A stretch of 64,000 nt of DNA. Source: the human T2T-CHM13v2.0 reference genome, Homo sapiens. Both the position numbers and the translations under genes were made by a program. The notes under the pieces are model-generated. The model was given only the letters and a program-made list of their open reading frames with translations. It made no database searches and was not told where the DNA came from. Below are positions 12,959 through 31,927 of the stretch, piece by piece; the first letter of the stretch is position 1, and each line of letters begins with the position of its first letter. The stretch is taken from the NCBI RefSeq assembly GCF_009914755.1, contig NC_060933.1, one strand, 5' to 3'.

Positions 12959-13799
12959 ACACTAGCCACATGGCAAGTGCTCACTAGTTTCATGTGGCTA
13001 GTAACTGTCATATCAGCAGCATAAATATAGAAAATGTTTATCATTACAGAAAATTCTGTTGTACAGTGCTGGTCGAGAGGACAGGTGTCACGTGAAGTAT
13101 CTAGGCCTGTAGCAGACCTGTTGGGCTTGGAAAGAGAAACTTACCTGCAATATTCTTCATTTAGGCAGAAACCTTTTGGAACCAGAGGGCTTGAAAAGCC
13201 AGATCTTTCTTTTGCTGATATTGAGCTAATGGAACTTGTTGAATAGTTATCAAACTCTCTAACAACCCTTATGTCAGTGAAGGAAAAGTCCTTTGAAGGC
13301 AAAAACTATAATTAGATACAGCATACCTCTCTGTTATTGGAAACATTACACAAATAAATATGGAAAATATAGTATAGAAAAAAGTGGAACAAATTAAAGG
13401 CTTGGGTTTTTTTTCTTTTTTTCCCCACCCCCGTACTCTATTCTTGAGATGTTTCATATTGTTGACCTGGTCTGTAATATCTTTAGTGGTACCAGACCTC
13501 TGAGACTGTTGTGTTAGGTATCATTACTTCATTTGGTATAGTTTAGAAGACAATGAAAGCTGCATATGCAATGTATTTTATTTTTTTCTTTAACCTTACT
13601 AACTTTAAGTAAGTGTGGATTTAAATTTAGTTACTGTTTCTACTAATGATTTTTTTCTTGAGTCCTGTCTTACATATTTTGATCCTTAGGAGACCTCAGA
13701 TTCTGTTTGGTGGTAGGCACCCCATGTTAGTGGAAGATGTGGAAGAATGATTAAAATACATAGTTACTTCGATGATGGAGTCTACCTATAGGTAAAATT

Positions 13800-15488
13800 C
13801 ATGAGTGAATACAGAAATGTTTACCTTAAGATGTGTTGCTGCTGTAACCAGTACCTAAAGTGTGAGGCACTGGCTTAGAGATCAAGCAGTTTGTGGTGGA
13901 GAAACTGGTATCAGGGCTGGAAAGCTGGAGATTTATGTTAAGTTGTGGGAAAACATTTGATAAAACTGTACTTGGGATAATTTAGGAGGCAGACTATGTA
14001 TCTAATGATCCTACACGTCTAGGGGAAATGGTTGGAAACAATAATATGTCTTGGCTTTGGCACTCTGGTTTGAACAAGGTATTAAAAAAAGAGAAGTGAG
14101 CTCAGGAAAGAATTAGTCAGTTTGTGACCAAAATAAAAGGGACGAGAGAGAGTCTAGAAATCTGGAGCTTAGAAGAAGTCCATTAAGACTCAGCTCCATG
14201 GCAAAGAAACTAAGGGCATAGCTTTCTTATTCAAACCTGTTATCTTAGATGGCTTCAAGGAAACCACCATTAAGTTCAAGTTCACATGCTATGCCTATTG
14301 CACACTCATATACATACACATAGGTATATAGAAACAGGGAAACTGGTAGCGAGGGTAATCTTCAAGGAGTCTAGGTATATTGATTGGCACATGCACTGGT
14401 TGGAAGCAAACAGATTGAAAATCAACTTTTTGAGTCAACTGTGTGCTAAAAACCCCACAAGTCTGGACTAAAATTGCCTTATAGTCTTTTAACCTTAAAC
14501 AAAATTTGGGCCCTCAAATATTTGAAAGTAAGAAAAGGAATGCAAAAATTGTATCGGCCACAAAAAGTTACTGTCCTCAATGTTCATTTCATATATGGCC
14601 ATGGAAGATAAAGGATAAAGAAGAACCTCCCAGAAGGCAGAGCAAGCGACTATGGAGAGCAGTAGAGAACAGGTTCTTCCAGAATTAGGGACTAATTAAG
14701 GAATTTATCCTACTGTCAGGATAGAAGGATCTCTTGAGTTTTTGCCCAACAAGATTTCATTATTACTGTGGACCAGTGACTGCTACTTGTTGCCCACTCT
14801 TCCTTTCTCTGAATGGGAGTGTTTGCTGTGCGTTCCCTGTCCCCACTAAATTTGTGTATATTGGGTTGAGCATGGGTTTAAATTATCTTGCAGTTAATAG
14901 GTTGCTGTACTATGAGGACCTACATTTGGACCTCGTGGTAACTACTGAGCACTATCAGATGATCCTAGATTTTGAGCTGGATGCAATGACTAGATGGGAA
15001 TTTAGGTTGTCCTCTTTGGGGAGAGAGTGTGCAAATAAGGGTGAACAGAATACTGAAATGGGTATTTGGTGGCCAAAAACGCAGCCTGTGGGCAGAGACT
15101 GGCTAACTGTTCTTCAAGCCCATTTCCTTCTCCTTTGGGGCTTGCTAGAGTGTGATTGAGTTTTGGCTAATGGAATGTGAACAAAGTAATGTTTCTTACT
15201 TAAATATTGGTTATATGGTTATGGAAATTTCCCATGTACAATAACTCTATATTGTCTTACCTTTCTGGCATAATGCCAGACAAGTAAGGTGACTTTGGAA
15301 GCCATGTGTTAAAGATAGTGGAACTACAAGACGGAACATGTGGGTCTTGCAATCACCATTTAGGTGACAACTAAACACCAGTCAGGACCATCTATTTTGG
15401 AATTTATGTGACCAAAACTCTGGACATTATCATGTTTGAGCCATCATACATTTTGTTTGTTTTTTGGCTATAGCATCTAACTAATATA
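13800..15488 (+). mobile_element. Old MaLR remnant: MLT1-int (about 13800-15085) followed by an MLT1H/J-like LTR (about 15087-15488)
   Basis: Internal motifs acctaaagtgtgaggcactggctt, aaaacatttgataaaactg and gattttgagctggatgc. LTR motifs ttttggctaatggaatgtga, ggaagccatgtgttaaagat and ...taactaatata. Confidence 0.6.
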
Positions 15489-15607
15489 AGGGTAAAGCTC
15501 CCTTTGACCACAACCAACAGTTTTGGTTGCTTTTTTCCTCCCCAGAAGTAATTAATATTACAAGTCTGTGTTTCTTTCTAGACATTTTACATACTTTTAC
15601 ATGTATT

Positions 15608-15608
<1 letters not shown>

Positions 15609-15637
<29 letters not shown>
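15609..15637. repeat. (TG)n(TA)n compound microsatellite in an L1ME-like fragment
   Basis: gtgtgtgtgtgtgtgtatatatatatatat read directly. Confidence 0.9.
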
Positions 15638-15638
<1 letters not shown>

Positions 15639-18557
15639 TAAACTATATGTTAATATTGTATATTGTGTCTTTTTGTTCCAGAACATGGGCTAGAGATCTA
15701 CCTATTTATTATTTTAATTGATGTACAGAATTTTATACTGTAAATAAGTCATTGTTTATTTAGCTATTCATCTGCTGATTGGCATTAGGTTTTTGTCAAT
15801 TTTTAAAATACTGTAGTTTTGAATAAGGAGGCCAAATGCCTTATGCAGCCATGTTAGATCTAGTTCTGGTGCACACACAATTTTTTAATTTAATTTAGTT
15901 GAGTAATAGGATCACTTTGTATTTGCATATAAGGTGAAATAAGAAGAGGTCAGGATAATTAAATTTTAGAATAGGGACCTGTGATTTGCAGTTTCAGTAA
16001 ATGGAAGGCCTTGGGAATACCATGGCCCCTTGACACTTGTGTGGTTCCTTTGACCCCTTGACACTTGTGGGATTCCTTTGGAAAGGGATAATTTTGCTAG
16101 TCTTAATTAATTTTGTCAGTTATAGAGAAATATTGGAAAACAAAGCATCTGAAATAGCCCATTGATTTCCCAGAATATTTTTGGTATCTGTAGCTAGTAC
16201 CAGCCTCGGGCTGGGTCATCTTCTGAAAATCCATTCCATTGTCCCAAAGTGAGTTGATTTCTCCCAGTTAGTCTACAAACCATAATTTAATGACATGCTT
16301 CTTTGACTTGGTGTATATTTCATGTTTGTTTCATCTGTTAAAAACAAGATTTTGGCCCATAGATAATACGAGGATGGGGTTGGGGAAGAGGAGTAAATTA
16401 GGCTCTTATAAATGAAAATTTAGGAAATGATAGTAATTTGTGAATTTTTAGCAAACAATGGGAATAGTACAGAAACTGTTACTTCCTTGAAATGACATTG
16501 CTTATATGAATTTTTTTTAAATGTTGCTCTCTGCTTACTAAGTTTGAGATTAAGAATGACTGAATCATTTGGGATTGAAATACAATTGTAGCTAAAGTTT
16601 TTCTTTTTTTTCTGAGAAAAGTTAGATATCTTACATTGTTATAACTTACAATTGCGTATGAAACACACTAGATATTTTTATTATATATAGAAAATTTAAA
16701 AATATTTTTGTATTTGTAGAATCATCTAATGAAGCAGAGTCTTTTTTGTAAAATTACAGATCTACTGATTTATCTTTCTGAAAAAACAAATCTTCATCAT
16801 GCAATTAATACACATATTTGAGCCTCTACTATGTAAAAAGTGTAGTACTTGTCTTCATGAATATTGTATATCGAAAGTAATTAGAATATTGACATCCTAA
16901 TGGTTGGTGAGATTTTGATATGACAATGAATGACAGCTTCTGAAGCTGGAGTATTATAAAATCTTACATTCTGTGAATTGGTCAAGTCTGTCCATGAAAA
17001 ATCTTAGACATTGGTCAACTGAGACTGGCTTAGGGGGAAAAAATAAAGATTTATTCACAGTAAGAGTCCCAGATGGTTCTTTTGTGTAACCTTGATCCAG
17101 CTCTTGTTCACACACCCCTTTTCATCATTGTTTTGTGTCATCTGCTTACTTCTGCTATCTTGTCTTTCATCCCATCAAGCTGTTAGCAGCCTCACAGGGG
17201 TCTCAAGACTTACGCCTCTTCCTAGCCGCCCGTATCATTCCTTGCCTTTCTGTAGCTGCTTTGGGTTTTTCTCTCCCATGTCTCATTTTTAATAGAATGT
17301 GAACTCTGTGCTTTATTGTTCTCCATTCTCAAAAGTTAATTACATTTAGACCATGCATGGGGAAGAAGAATTACTTCTTTTTGCAAAGAATATGTTTTCA
17401 CTTATTTTTACTTCTTTTACTTTTTTTTTTTTTTTTACAAAGAATATGTGTTTAAAAATTTCAAATGGAGTAATCATTATACTAATTCTGGCAGAGGGTA
17501 ACATTTTGTGATTATTTACCTCCTTCTTATTTTAAATGTGTCCCAACGTTTATATTATTAATAAAATTGTTTGCCCTACTCTGAGGGTACAGAATGAAAA
17601 TGTTGCATAAAGTAATATAATCACTTAATTTTGAATAAATAATCATATTTTCTCTGGTAAACCTTTAAACAAAAGAACTCCAACACTCATTTTCTTTAAA
17701 AAATGTAAAGATCTCTTAGTTGCCAAACCTTGGTTATAATAATAATTAACATCTATGATATAACCCATTTTCATAAAGTAGGATTATTAGCATCATTACT
17801 TAATTTAAAAGTCTTATCACTTTTTACTTTAATCCCATATATTTTTATCTTCCTACTGACTTATACCATTGAGACCTATAAGACAGTTAATTATATTTCA
17901 AGGTCAGAGAAAAAGAATTAAGAAAACAATAGCTCTCAGACCACTTTTTAAAAATAATAATTTTAGCAGAGAAGATTCAAGATAGAAGGTAGAAGATTCA
18001 TAAAAAGTTGTCATTTTCATTTTTGTTAGCCTGAACAACAGAAAATATGTAATAATGTAAAACATTCACGTTTTGTGTTTATTATGATGTCCTATTATGA
18101 TATGATAATTTCCTTTTTTCAAAGTGTATGTTCTCATACATAATTTTAAAAACGTTTTTTCATGTTCAAATTTGTCCTCAATGAGTCATAATTTGAAATT
18201 AGAGTTTTTTTGAGTACTAACCTTTGATTAGATCATATTTTAAAATTAAAATATTTGAATCATACAGTTCAATTTGTATAAACTTTTTTACAAACATTAT
18301 ATTAGTTTTTTAAATTAAACCTGCTTAAGTAAGAAAAAAATTAAAAACATGGACTAAACAAAATAACTTGTATATAATCTCATTATCACTCACATATAAA
18401 CATTATTAATATTTTGGCAAATAAAACTGGAAATATGCTATGCATAGTTTCATATCTTGTTTTTGAGGCATGCAGTGACATTATTTTTACTTATATTTTC
18501 GAAGAATAATTCTAGCATCTATTGAAGTATAGACTATACGTATGCAAAACTGGAAAC

Positions 18558-18772
18558 AGAGGCAAGTTAGGAGGCTAACAGTATAATCCAGTTCAGTTCT
18601 AAGACGAGTGGCTTAGGACAGGGTGGTAGGAGTAAAGAGAGGTTAGATTCTGCATGTACTTGCATTTTGAATGTTAACGCTTATGTAATTTTCTAATGGA
18701 TCAGATGTGAATGTCAGAGAGATGAAACAAGGACAATCCTGAGCCACTGGGTGAATGGAATTGCTATTAAGC
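18558..18772 (-). mobile_element. L2 fragment
   Basis: gcaagttaggaggct...ggcttaggacagggtggtagg...ggatcagatgtga...gagccactgggtgaatgg resembles antisense L2. Confidence 0.55.
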
Positions 18773-19209
18773 AGTTATTAAGATAATTTAATAACCTATT
18801 TTAATGAACCATATAATATTCTGTTTCATGAATGTGCTAAAATGTATTTAACTATTTTCTTGTTGGATATTCAGATTGTATTCCTTTTTCACTATTAAAA
18901 GTTAAGATGAACATCTTGTAATTAGATCTTTGACTACATAGCTGATTATATTCTCAGGATAGAGCTCAAGAAGCAGACTGAGTCAAAAGATAAAAGAAGT
19001 TTTATAGTTATGTGTGTGTGTGTATTTCCTTAAGGCTGTGGATGTTTTTCTCAGTTCTGGTGTTTTTCTGAGAGGATGTGTAAGCGCACTTGTCTAATTC
19101 CATTCTGATTGGCATTGGCTATCATTAGGTGTTACCATTAAAACACCAATAACAACAAATCAAAACCAAGAACCTTTGCCAGTGTGACAGATAAGAAAAG
19201 GTGTACAGT

Positions 19210-25344
<6,135 letters not shown>

Positions 25345-25472
25345 AAGAAAAGGTATATTGTCTTGCCTTGCATTAAGCATAAAAAGGAATAATAATTTTT
25401 TTCACAGATGTTTTCTCTTCATATACTTTACATAAAGTTAATTTGCTATTTTTAGTGTAGTTTGAGAAATGA

Positions 25473-25596
25473 GAGCTAAGATTACTGAGCACATATACCT
25501 TGGCTAGGCACATTGCAAGGCACTTCATATTATTTTACTTAACAGTCACAACATGTTAAGATACATAATATTGCTTACATTGTATAAACGAAGAAA
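25473..25596 (-). mobile_element. MIR fragment
   Basis: attactgagcac...ctaggcacattgcaaggcacttcatat...cacaaca matches the antisense MIR core/3' end. Confidence 0.5.
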
Positions 25597-28349
25597 GAAA
25601 AATAATTGCAAAGAACTTGACAATACGCATGAGGACGCTGCTTTATAGAAAAGCCAAATATATTTGTAATGTTGCATGAAAGGCTTGATTCCCTTTGGGC
25701 CCTTCACAGTTTTAAAGAGTGTTACTGTTGAAAATTCTAATTTTAATTTGTCATAGCAGGAGATTTTTGTATTTTATATTGAAAAAAATAAAATGCTTTA
25801 CACAGATTTAAAGAGAAAGTTGATAATGTGATGTTTTCTTTGTATATTAGAAGAAGATTTACATGACAGAGAAAAAAATTATTTGTCTTTTAACAAAATC
25901 ATTTTTAGGTAAGTTTTAGAATAGACATTGCTAGACTTGAAAATATGCATTCTTGTTTCTTGTCATATGTTGCCCACTTGAAGAAAACTTAATAGCATTG
26001 AATCTGATTTTCCCCTATCAAGCCAGTTAGTCATATTCTGAATTAATCAGGCTACACAGTGGAGAAAATTTTTTTCCAAGCTTTACAAGAAGTTGTACCA
26101 TTTATTATCAAAATTCTCATTTTATTAAATGAAAAAACATGACATATTGGCTTTTCACTTCTGAAATCATGTATCTATGTTTATCTGTATAGACATCCAC
26201 ATACTCAGTATATGTATATACATACACTCTACAGTTTATGTAAATAAATTATGTATTTCACATATATGTCTATATACAATATAAAATAAAATTTATATAC
26301 TACACATTTTTACAAATAATTATACATTTACATATGTATTAATTTTATATGTTAATATATATGTGTATATATATGTCTGTCACGATGTTTATTGTTAGAA
26401 ATATATTCTGTGATGTGTTTTGGGTGTGGTTTTTGTCATTTGCGTGTTCAGTCTTCTATTGGTGCTTTGCTTTTAGGACCCTTTCAACAGTTAGTGGTAT
26501 GCTGCCCCCAGGTGTTGGCAAGTACTTTGATTCACATGATCTCGTGGTCTGAATTTACAAAGCCTGTTTTAACTAAGGTCTAGATTATGACTTTCACAGA
26601 ATTCCTTTTGTAGTTAAAAAACATCTTTTATTAAAATAGATGAACAGAACAACGTATATACAGGAAGCTGGCTAATTTCTATCCTGCGAACTCTTTAAGA
26701 AACAAGTATCTTTGAATAATGTGGTACCTTTCTATTAATCTTTTACTGTTGTCCATCCCTAGATTTATCATAGTACTTTGATTAGAATGGTCTCTTCTGA
26801 TTTACTCTGACAGCCTCTGGTGGTCAAGTAGTTGCCTGGATTCCAACGTGGTTCATGGTACTATTATGAAGGGGTCATTATCTACATGGCTTTAGATGTC
26901 AGGCCAGTTTGCTGTTAAAATGGTTCCTTTCCTCTTGGATTCTCAGACTTGGATGATGGTGATGCATTTATTTTACCTAGAGAAGTAATATTATTGAAGA
27001 GATGGAAGGAGTTTTTACTTTTCTCCTGCTCTAACTCTCCCAAAGTTCCTCTTGTGGTATGGAAGCAGGATAGAAAAAAAGAGAGTCAACTTCAAATTTT
27101 CTTCTTCATCCACCTATGACTGAATTTCAGATGAGAATATTTTTCTAGTTTACACTATTAGAAATAGAACCTATTAATTTGCCTTGTGTTTGTGGAATTT
27201 AGATTGCTATAGTCTCCTGCATTAAAGACACCAACCACATGATTGATAACTAAAAATATAGACAAGGAGCAGGTGAGATCAGACAATGCATAGATCAATA
27301 TTAGTTCAGAGAATGTTTCTTTGATAATGTAGGTAGAAGGGAAATAGGGCTATCACATCTTTGGATTCTCATGAGGATCCTGAGTCATCCTAATAATGTA
27401 ACCACTATAAAGTGGATGCTTTACATACGTTCTCTGCAATCCTCTAATTTCCTGGAAATAAAAAATAAATATAAATTACAAATAGAAAGTTAATTAAGGA
27501 TTAGAGTTTTAATAAATTGGTCCAATGTCACATATTAGAAAGTTTTGGAGTCAGAACTTGAAGTCAGTTCCTGGTGATTTAGTGGCTAGGGAGAAAAAGA
27601 ACTTGAACTCAGGATTGCCCAACTTCATTACCCTCCCTATTTCCAATACAGGATTTTCTTTCAAGTTTGGGGCATTTTCTCTCTAGGAGAGATTTTTTTA
27701 AAGAAGAAAATTGGTTAAAATATTTAGGAATGGAGATTGCAATAATTCTAGAAGTGTCTTAATCTGCAGCTATTAGCAGCTAGTTAGCTGTCAAATGATT
27801 TATTTCAAGTGAGTATAATTTACTAGTTGAAGTTCAGTTCAGTATTGGTGGTAGAGGGGCACCAAAATGTGGTAGACACTAAGCTTCCAGAGGATTAACA
27901 TTTTCACTTTGTGAAATAATACTCCATAGACTCTTCAAAATTAAATTTCATTTTCTTGTTTTTGTTTTTCTCTTTTCTCTTTCTGGAACATCTGTTAGTC
28001 TGTCAGAAGTTGAATATCCTGGTTCTATCCTCTATGGCTCTTATATTTTAAAAATATTTCTATCTTCTTATTTTATATTCTCGTAGTTTCTCTTCACTCT
28101 TTGTATTGAAATGCTTTTTATTGTAGTAATATTTTAATTTCTAAGAATTGCTTTTAATTTCTCATTCTCTTTTCATGGCATCCTTTTTAAAGTTTCTGTG
28201 TTTTCTTATAGTTTTTAAAACTGGTGTTTAACAAGCAAATATTATAATAAACAATTATTTAAGTTCTCTGAATTCTCTTTCGTTCTTCTGAGATCTTCAT
28301 ATTTTTTTCATTTGTTTTTGTTGATCCTTTTTTTTTAAGCTGAAGGCCA

Positions 28350-28891
28350 TGGAAGATTATATTTTCCAAAAATGGCCACAGCAATATTTCTGATCCCACA
28401 AGTGCTTCTAGAACCTTGCTACTCCCATATCAAGATGTGGAGTCTATTTCCCTCTTTTTGAAATTGAATGGGCCTTTGTGAAGTGACAGTGCATGGCTTT
28501 TGAGACTATGTCATAAAGACATGGCTTCTGCCTGATTTTCTTTCTCTCTCTCAATTTTCTCTGTTGGAAACCAGCCATCATTCTCTGGGAAAGCCTGGGT
28601 CACATCGTGAACTAGGGATAATATGCTCAGCTAACAGCTCAGCTAGGGTCTCTTGCAACAAGCTAGCATCTCATGCAACAAGCTAGCATCAAATGCCAGA
28701 CCTGTGTGAATGAGCCTTCAGATGACTTCATATACCAGCCTTCAGCTGAGGCTCCAGATAATAGGGAACAGAGACTAGCAGTCCCTGCTGTGCCATGCTC
28801 TATTTCCTGATCCATGGAATCCATGAGTCTAATCACAGTAGTTTGACACCATTATGTTTTAGATTAATTTGTCATATGTAACCCTGGAACA
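28350..28891 (+). mobile_element. MaLR solo LTR, MLT1F/G-like
   Basis: aaaaatggccacagcaatatt...atcaagatgtggagtctatttccct...ggaaaccagccatcat...gagccttcagatgac...gaatccatgag...ctggaaca. Contains a 20-bp tandem duplication at 28651-28690. Confidence 0.7.
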
Positions 28892-30698
28892 CATGACATA
28901 TTGTTCTAAATTGTAACTGGAACAAAGGCTTTCATCAAATTTATGAAAAGCTTTGTTTGGTCATTCACATTTAAGAATGAAGAAAAAAATGCTAACTAGG
29001 AGCTCTTTGTATATAGTTAAGAGTTGGTGGCTGGTTGGCTTTCCTTTAGGATGGATGGGCTATGAGCTTGCTGTTAGGCTGGGCAACCCTCAAATGAATA
29101 TGCTGGTCCTTCCTTTTTGGCACCACCACTCGTAGCTAGTTGCCTATTGCTCCCTTAGAGATCTTTCAATTTTTATTTGTTTTTAGTTTGTTTTATGAAA
29201 TAAATACCTTCTTTTTTCTCCCTTGCAGGTAAATGTCTGCTTACAGTTTTGTATGATTATGTGTGTGTGGAAGGGGGGACATGTGGGTGTGGTTGGTTAT
29301 TCCAAGTATAGTCTTTTAATTAATTTCTATCTTCTACAGCTTGATTTACTCCCACCTTGTATTGTAGTGGTTTTACAACTTGAGCCTCTTCTAGGTTGTA
29401 GACCATTACTCCTCTTTTCTGTACACATCTCCTACATACACTCTAGGTTGAAGATTGAAGCTTTCACTGCTTTCTAAAATGGAAGTTTGCCAGAGAAGAG
29501 TGTCATCTTGAACTAGACTTTAGACCTTCTTGAGTCTGTTGCTTGTTTATTTTCGTAGAAATCTTCTATTTTATTCAAGTTTGAAAGTGTTTCATATACA
29601 CCTAGGGGAATGCCATATCTTTCCTTATAATTATTAAAAGTTTCCATGTATCTGATATTGTCACCTGTTTTTTATTCCTAATTTTGCATCTTTGTCCTTT
29701 TAATCTGATTCAGCTAGCTTGTGAGGGTGCCCTAGATTATGTTTCTTTTAGATTGATTAGGCCACTTGAGTTCAAAGACCTTGTGATTTTTGAGCCTTTA
29801 GTTTGTTGTAGCTGAATAAGCTTTTCTGCTTCTAAGTAATTTTTTTGTGTGTCTGAGCAACTCATGTTAGAATTCTCCATACCCGATCTGCTTTCCTCTG
29901 GGTCAGAATGAAGGAAAAGGATTCATCTTGTTATTTCTTAGAATCCATTTTTAAAATCTGAGGTGAGGACCTTTCTTTCTTAGAAGTCTTCAATAGTAGG
30001 ATTTCATGACAGAGTAAATGTAGAGGATATAGGAATAGAAAGGAATAAAAGATGAATTAATATTTTACACTGTAAGATTAATAGTACTGCTAACAACAAA
30101 GAGATAGGGCAGGGGAATCAGTTTGGGGAATGTGAAAAAGATGATTTCAGCTTTTCGTTTTGTTTTATTTTGAGATGATCATAAATTCTAGTGAGGAAAT
30201 GCATAGTTGTTGGTTGTAGTAAAGTGTTAAAGATTTAAAAAGTAGATGAAACATCTTGAAAGCATGAAAGGAAGAGCAAACAAATGTAGGAAAGATCTAA
30301 ATTTGGAAGGCAGGAGGTAAAAGAGAAGATACAGAAAAAAAAAAAACAGGACTTAGAAAAGTGATACGTGAAGAATTTTATTGAGAAAGTGTTCAGTAAC
30401 ATCCAGTGCCCATACATATTAGGTGTTTAGTTTGAATCTATTTTGAAAACTTGTTTAAAATAATTTTGCTTATTGTATATTTTTAGATTTATATGTAGGA
30501 CGTCCTTAGAAGAAGATAGCTTTCAAAAGAAAGATTTACTTAGCAAGTAGCTCTTCCTGGGTCAAAACACATTTCATCTTGTACTGGAAGAAACAGATAT
30601 GCATAGATTTAAGTGCAATACAGAATAGAGAGGACCATCATTCTCTACAGGGTGCTACAGAAGCCTGCATATTATGTGTAAAAGCCGTAGGTTGTCAA

Positions 30699-30823
30699 AG
30701 AATGAAAACTATTTTTTCAAACTACAATGAAAATGATTTTTCTCTGTAATATTTTTTAGAGAAAACAGAATGAAAACTGTTTTTTCAAACTGGAATGAAA
30801 ACGATTTTCTCTGTAATATTTTT
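30699..30823. repeat. Local duplication of about 58 bp (period about 68)
   Basis: agaatgaaaact(a/g)ttttttcaaact..aatgaaaa(t/c)gattttctctgtaatattttt occurs at 30699 and 30767. Confidence 0.9.
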
Positions 30824-31029
30824 CTCTTTTCTAAAAATAGGTCAGAAAATAGCTTATGTTGATGGAAAAAATAATCAGGGTTTTTGTATCTTTAGTTCAT
30901 AAGTGAGGTTTCTCCTTCTTGACTGGCATTTGGAAGACTGGGAACTGTACACTGGCATGTTGAGTCCTGTCTCTGCTAGGAGAATGGTGAGTCCAAAGGC
31001 CAGATTTCACACGGCAAAGAATGGCAGGC

Positions 31030-31230
31030 ATATTTATTGAGTGTTTACTATATGTTTGGCTCTCTGATCAATACTTCAAATATATTGTTACATTCAGTCC
31101 TCACAGCAACCTATAGTATAGACACCCAAATTTCCTTTTACAGATTAGAAAATTAATGCTCAGGGATGTTAGTAATTTGACCGTTTCCTCAGGTAGTAAA
31201 TGTTATAGCAGGAATCTGTATTTCAATCTA
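31030..31230 (-). mobile_element. MIR
   Basis: atttattgagtgtttactat...tcctcacagcaaccta...ttttacagattagaaaattaatgctcag. Confidence 0.7.
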
Positions 31231-31639
31231 TTGGCTCTTTTATTACATCTGATGTGTGGATGGGAAGGGAAAGTAGTAGATATAGGTTTTTACCTTTGAG
31301 GGATTAGCAAAGGCAGAAAGAAAAGCCGATACATGATAACTTGAGGGAAGATGATGGCCAAGTGAAATTTACAGAAATTAGGACCACTTAAATGTGTCTA
31401 AAATGAAAGCCTTGATTCTGAAAACATGTAAAGATGAGAAGAGGGAGATGTGAAGAAAGATAGAAAGACTTGGGATTGGATAAACAGAGATGTGAAAGTT
31501 AGTAATTTTTGTGTCTAAAGCATCTAAAATTTAAGGTGCTATAAGTCTGATTCCCATGTGTTTTCCCTCTTTAGTGAAAATACTCTGCAAAACTTGCTAT
31601 GCAAGAGATTCATATTATATATGCTAAAAGAACTATGTA

Positions 31640-31927
31640 GGCTGGGCATGGTGGCTCACACCTGTAATCCCAGCACTTTGGGAGGCCGAAGTGGGAGGAT
31701 TGCTTGAGCCCAGGAGTTAAAGACCAGCCTGGACAACATGGCAAATCCCCATCTCTACTAAAAAATAAAAAATTAGCCAGGTGTGGTTACATGTGCCTAT
31801 AGTCCAAGCTACTCAAGAAACGGAGGCGGGAGGATCACCTGAGTCCAGTAGATTGAGGCTGCAGTGAACCATGATTGTGCCACTGCACTCCAGCCTGGAC
31901 AACAGAGTGAGACCCTGCTCAAAAAAA
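31640..31927 (+). mobile_element. AluJ-like SINE (the only + strand Alu in the window)
   Basis: ggctgggcatggtggctcacacctgtaatcccagc...ggattgcttgagcccaggag (J-type), dimeric, with a short A tail. Confidence 0.92.

Larger units (their letters stand above)
11286..13071 (-). mobile_element. MER3 hAT-Charlie element split by LTR12 (pieces 11286-11380 and 12963-13071)
   Basis: Terminal inverted repeats cagcactgtccaata / tgttgtacagtgctg. 8-bp hAT-type TSD gtctagag (11278-11285) / gtcgagag (13072-13079). The two halves join to the MER3 consensus. Confidence 0.85.

Noticed and set aside
13690-13791. Possible 102-nt exon (ccttAG|GAGACC...ATAG|GTAAAA)
   Set aside because: In-frame TAG at codon 9, a competing upstream AG and a mediocre donor; chance level without RNA data.
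14734-15159. 141-aa ORF
   Set aside because: It spans a degenerate MaLR internal/LTR junction, has a non-ATG start and shows no recognisable domain.
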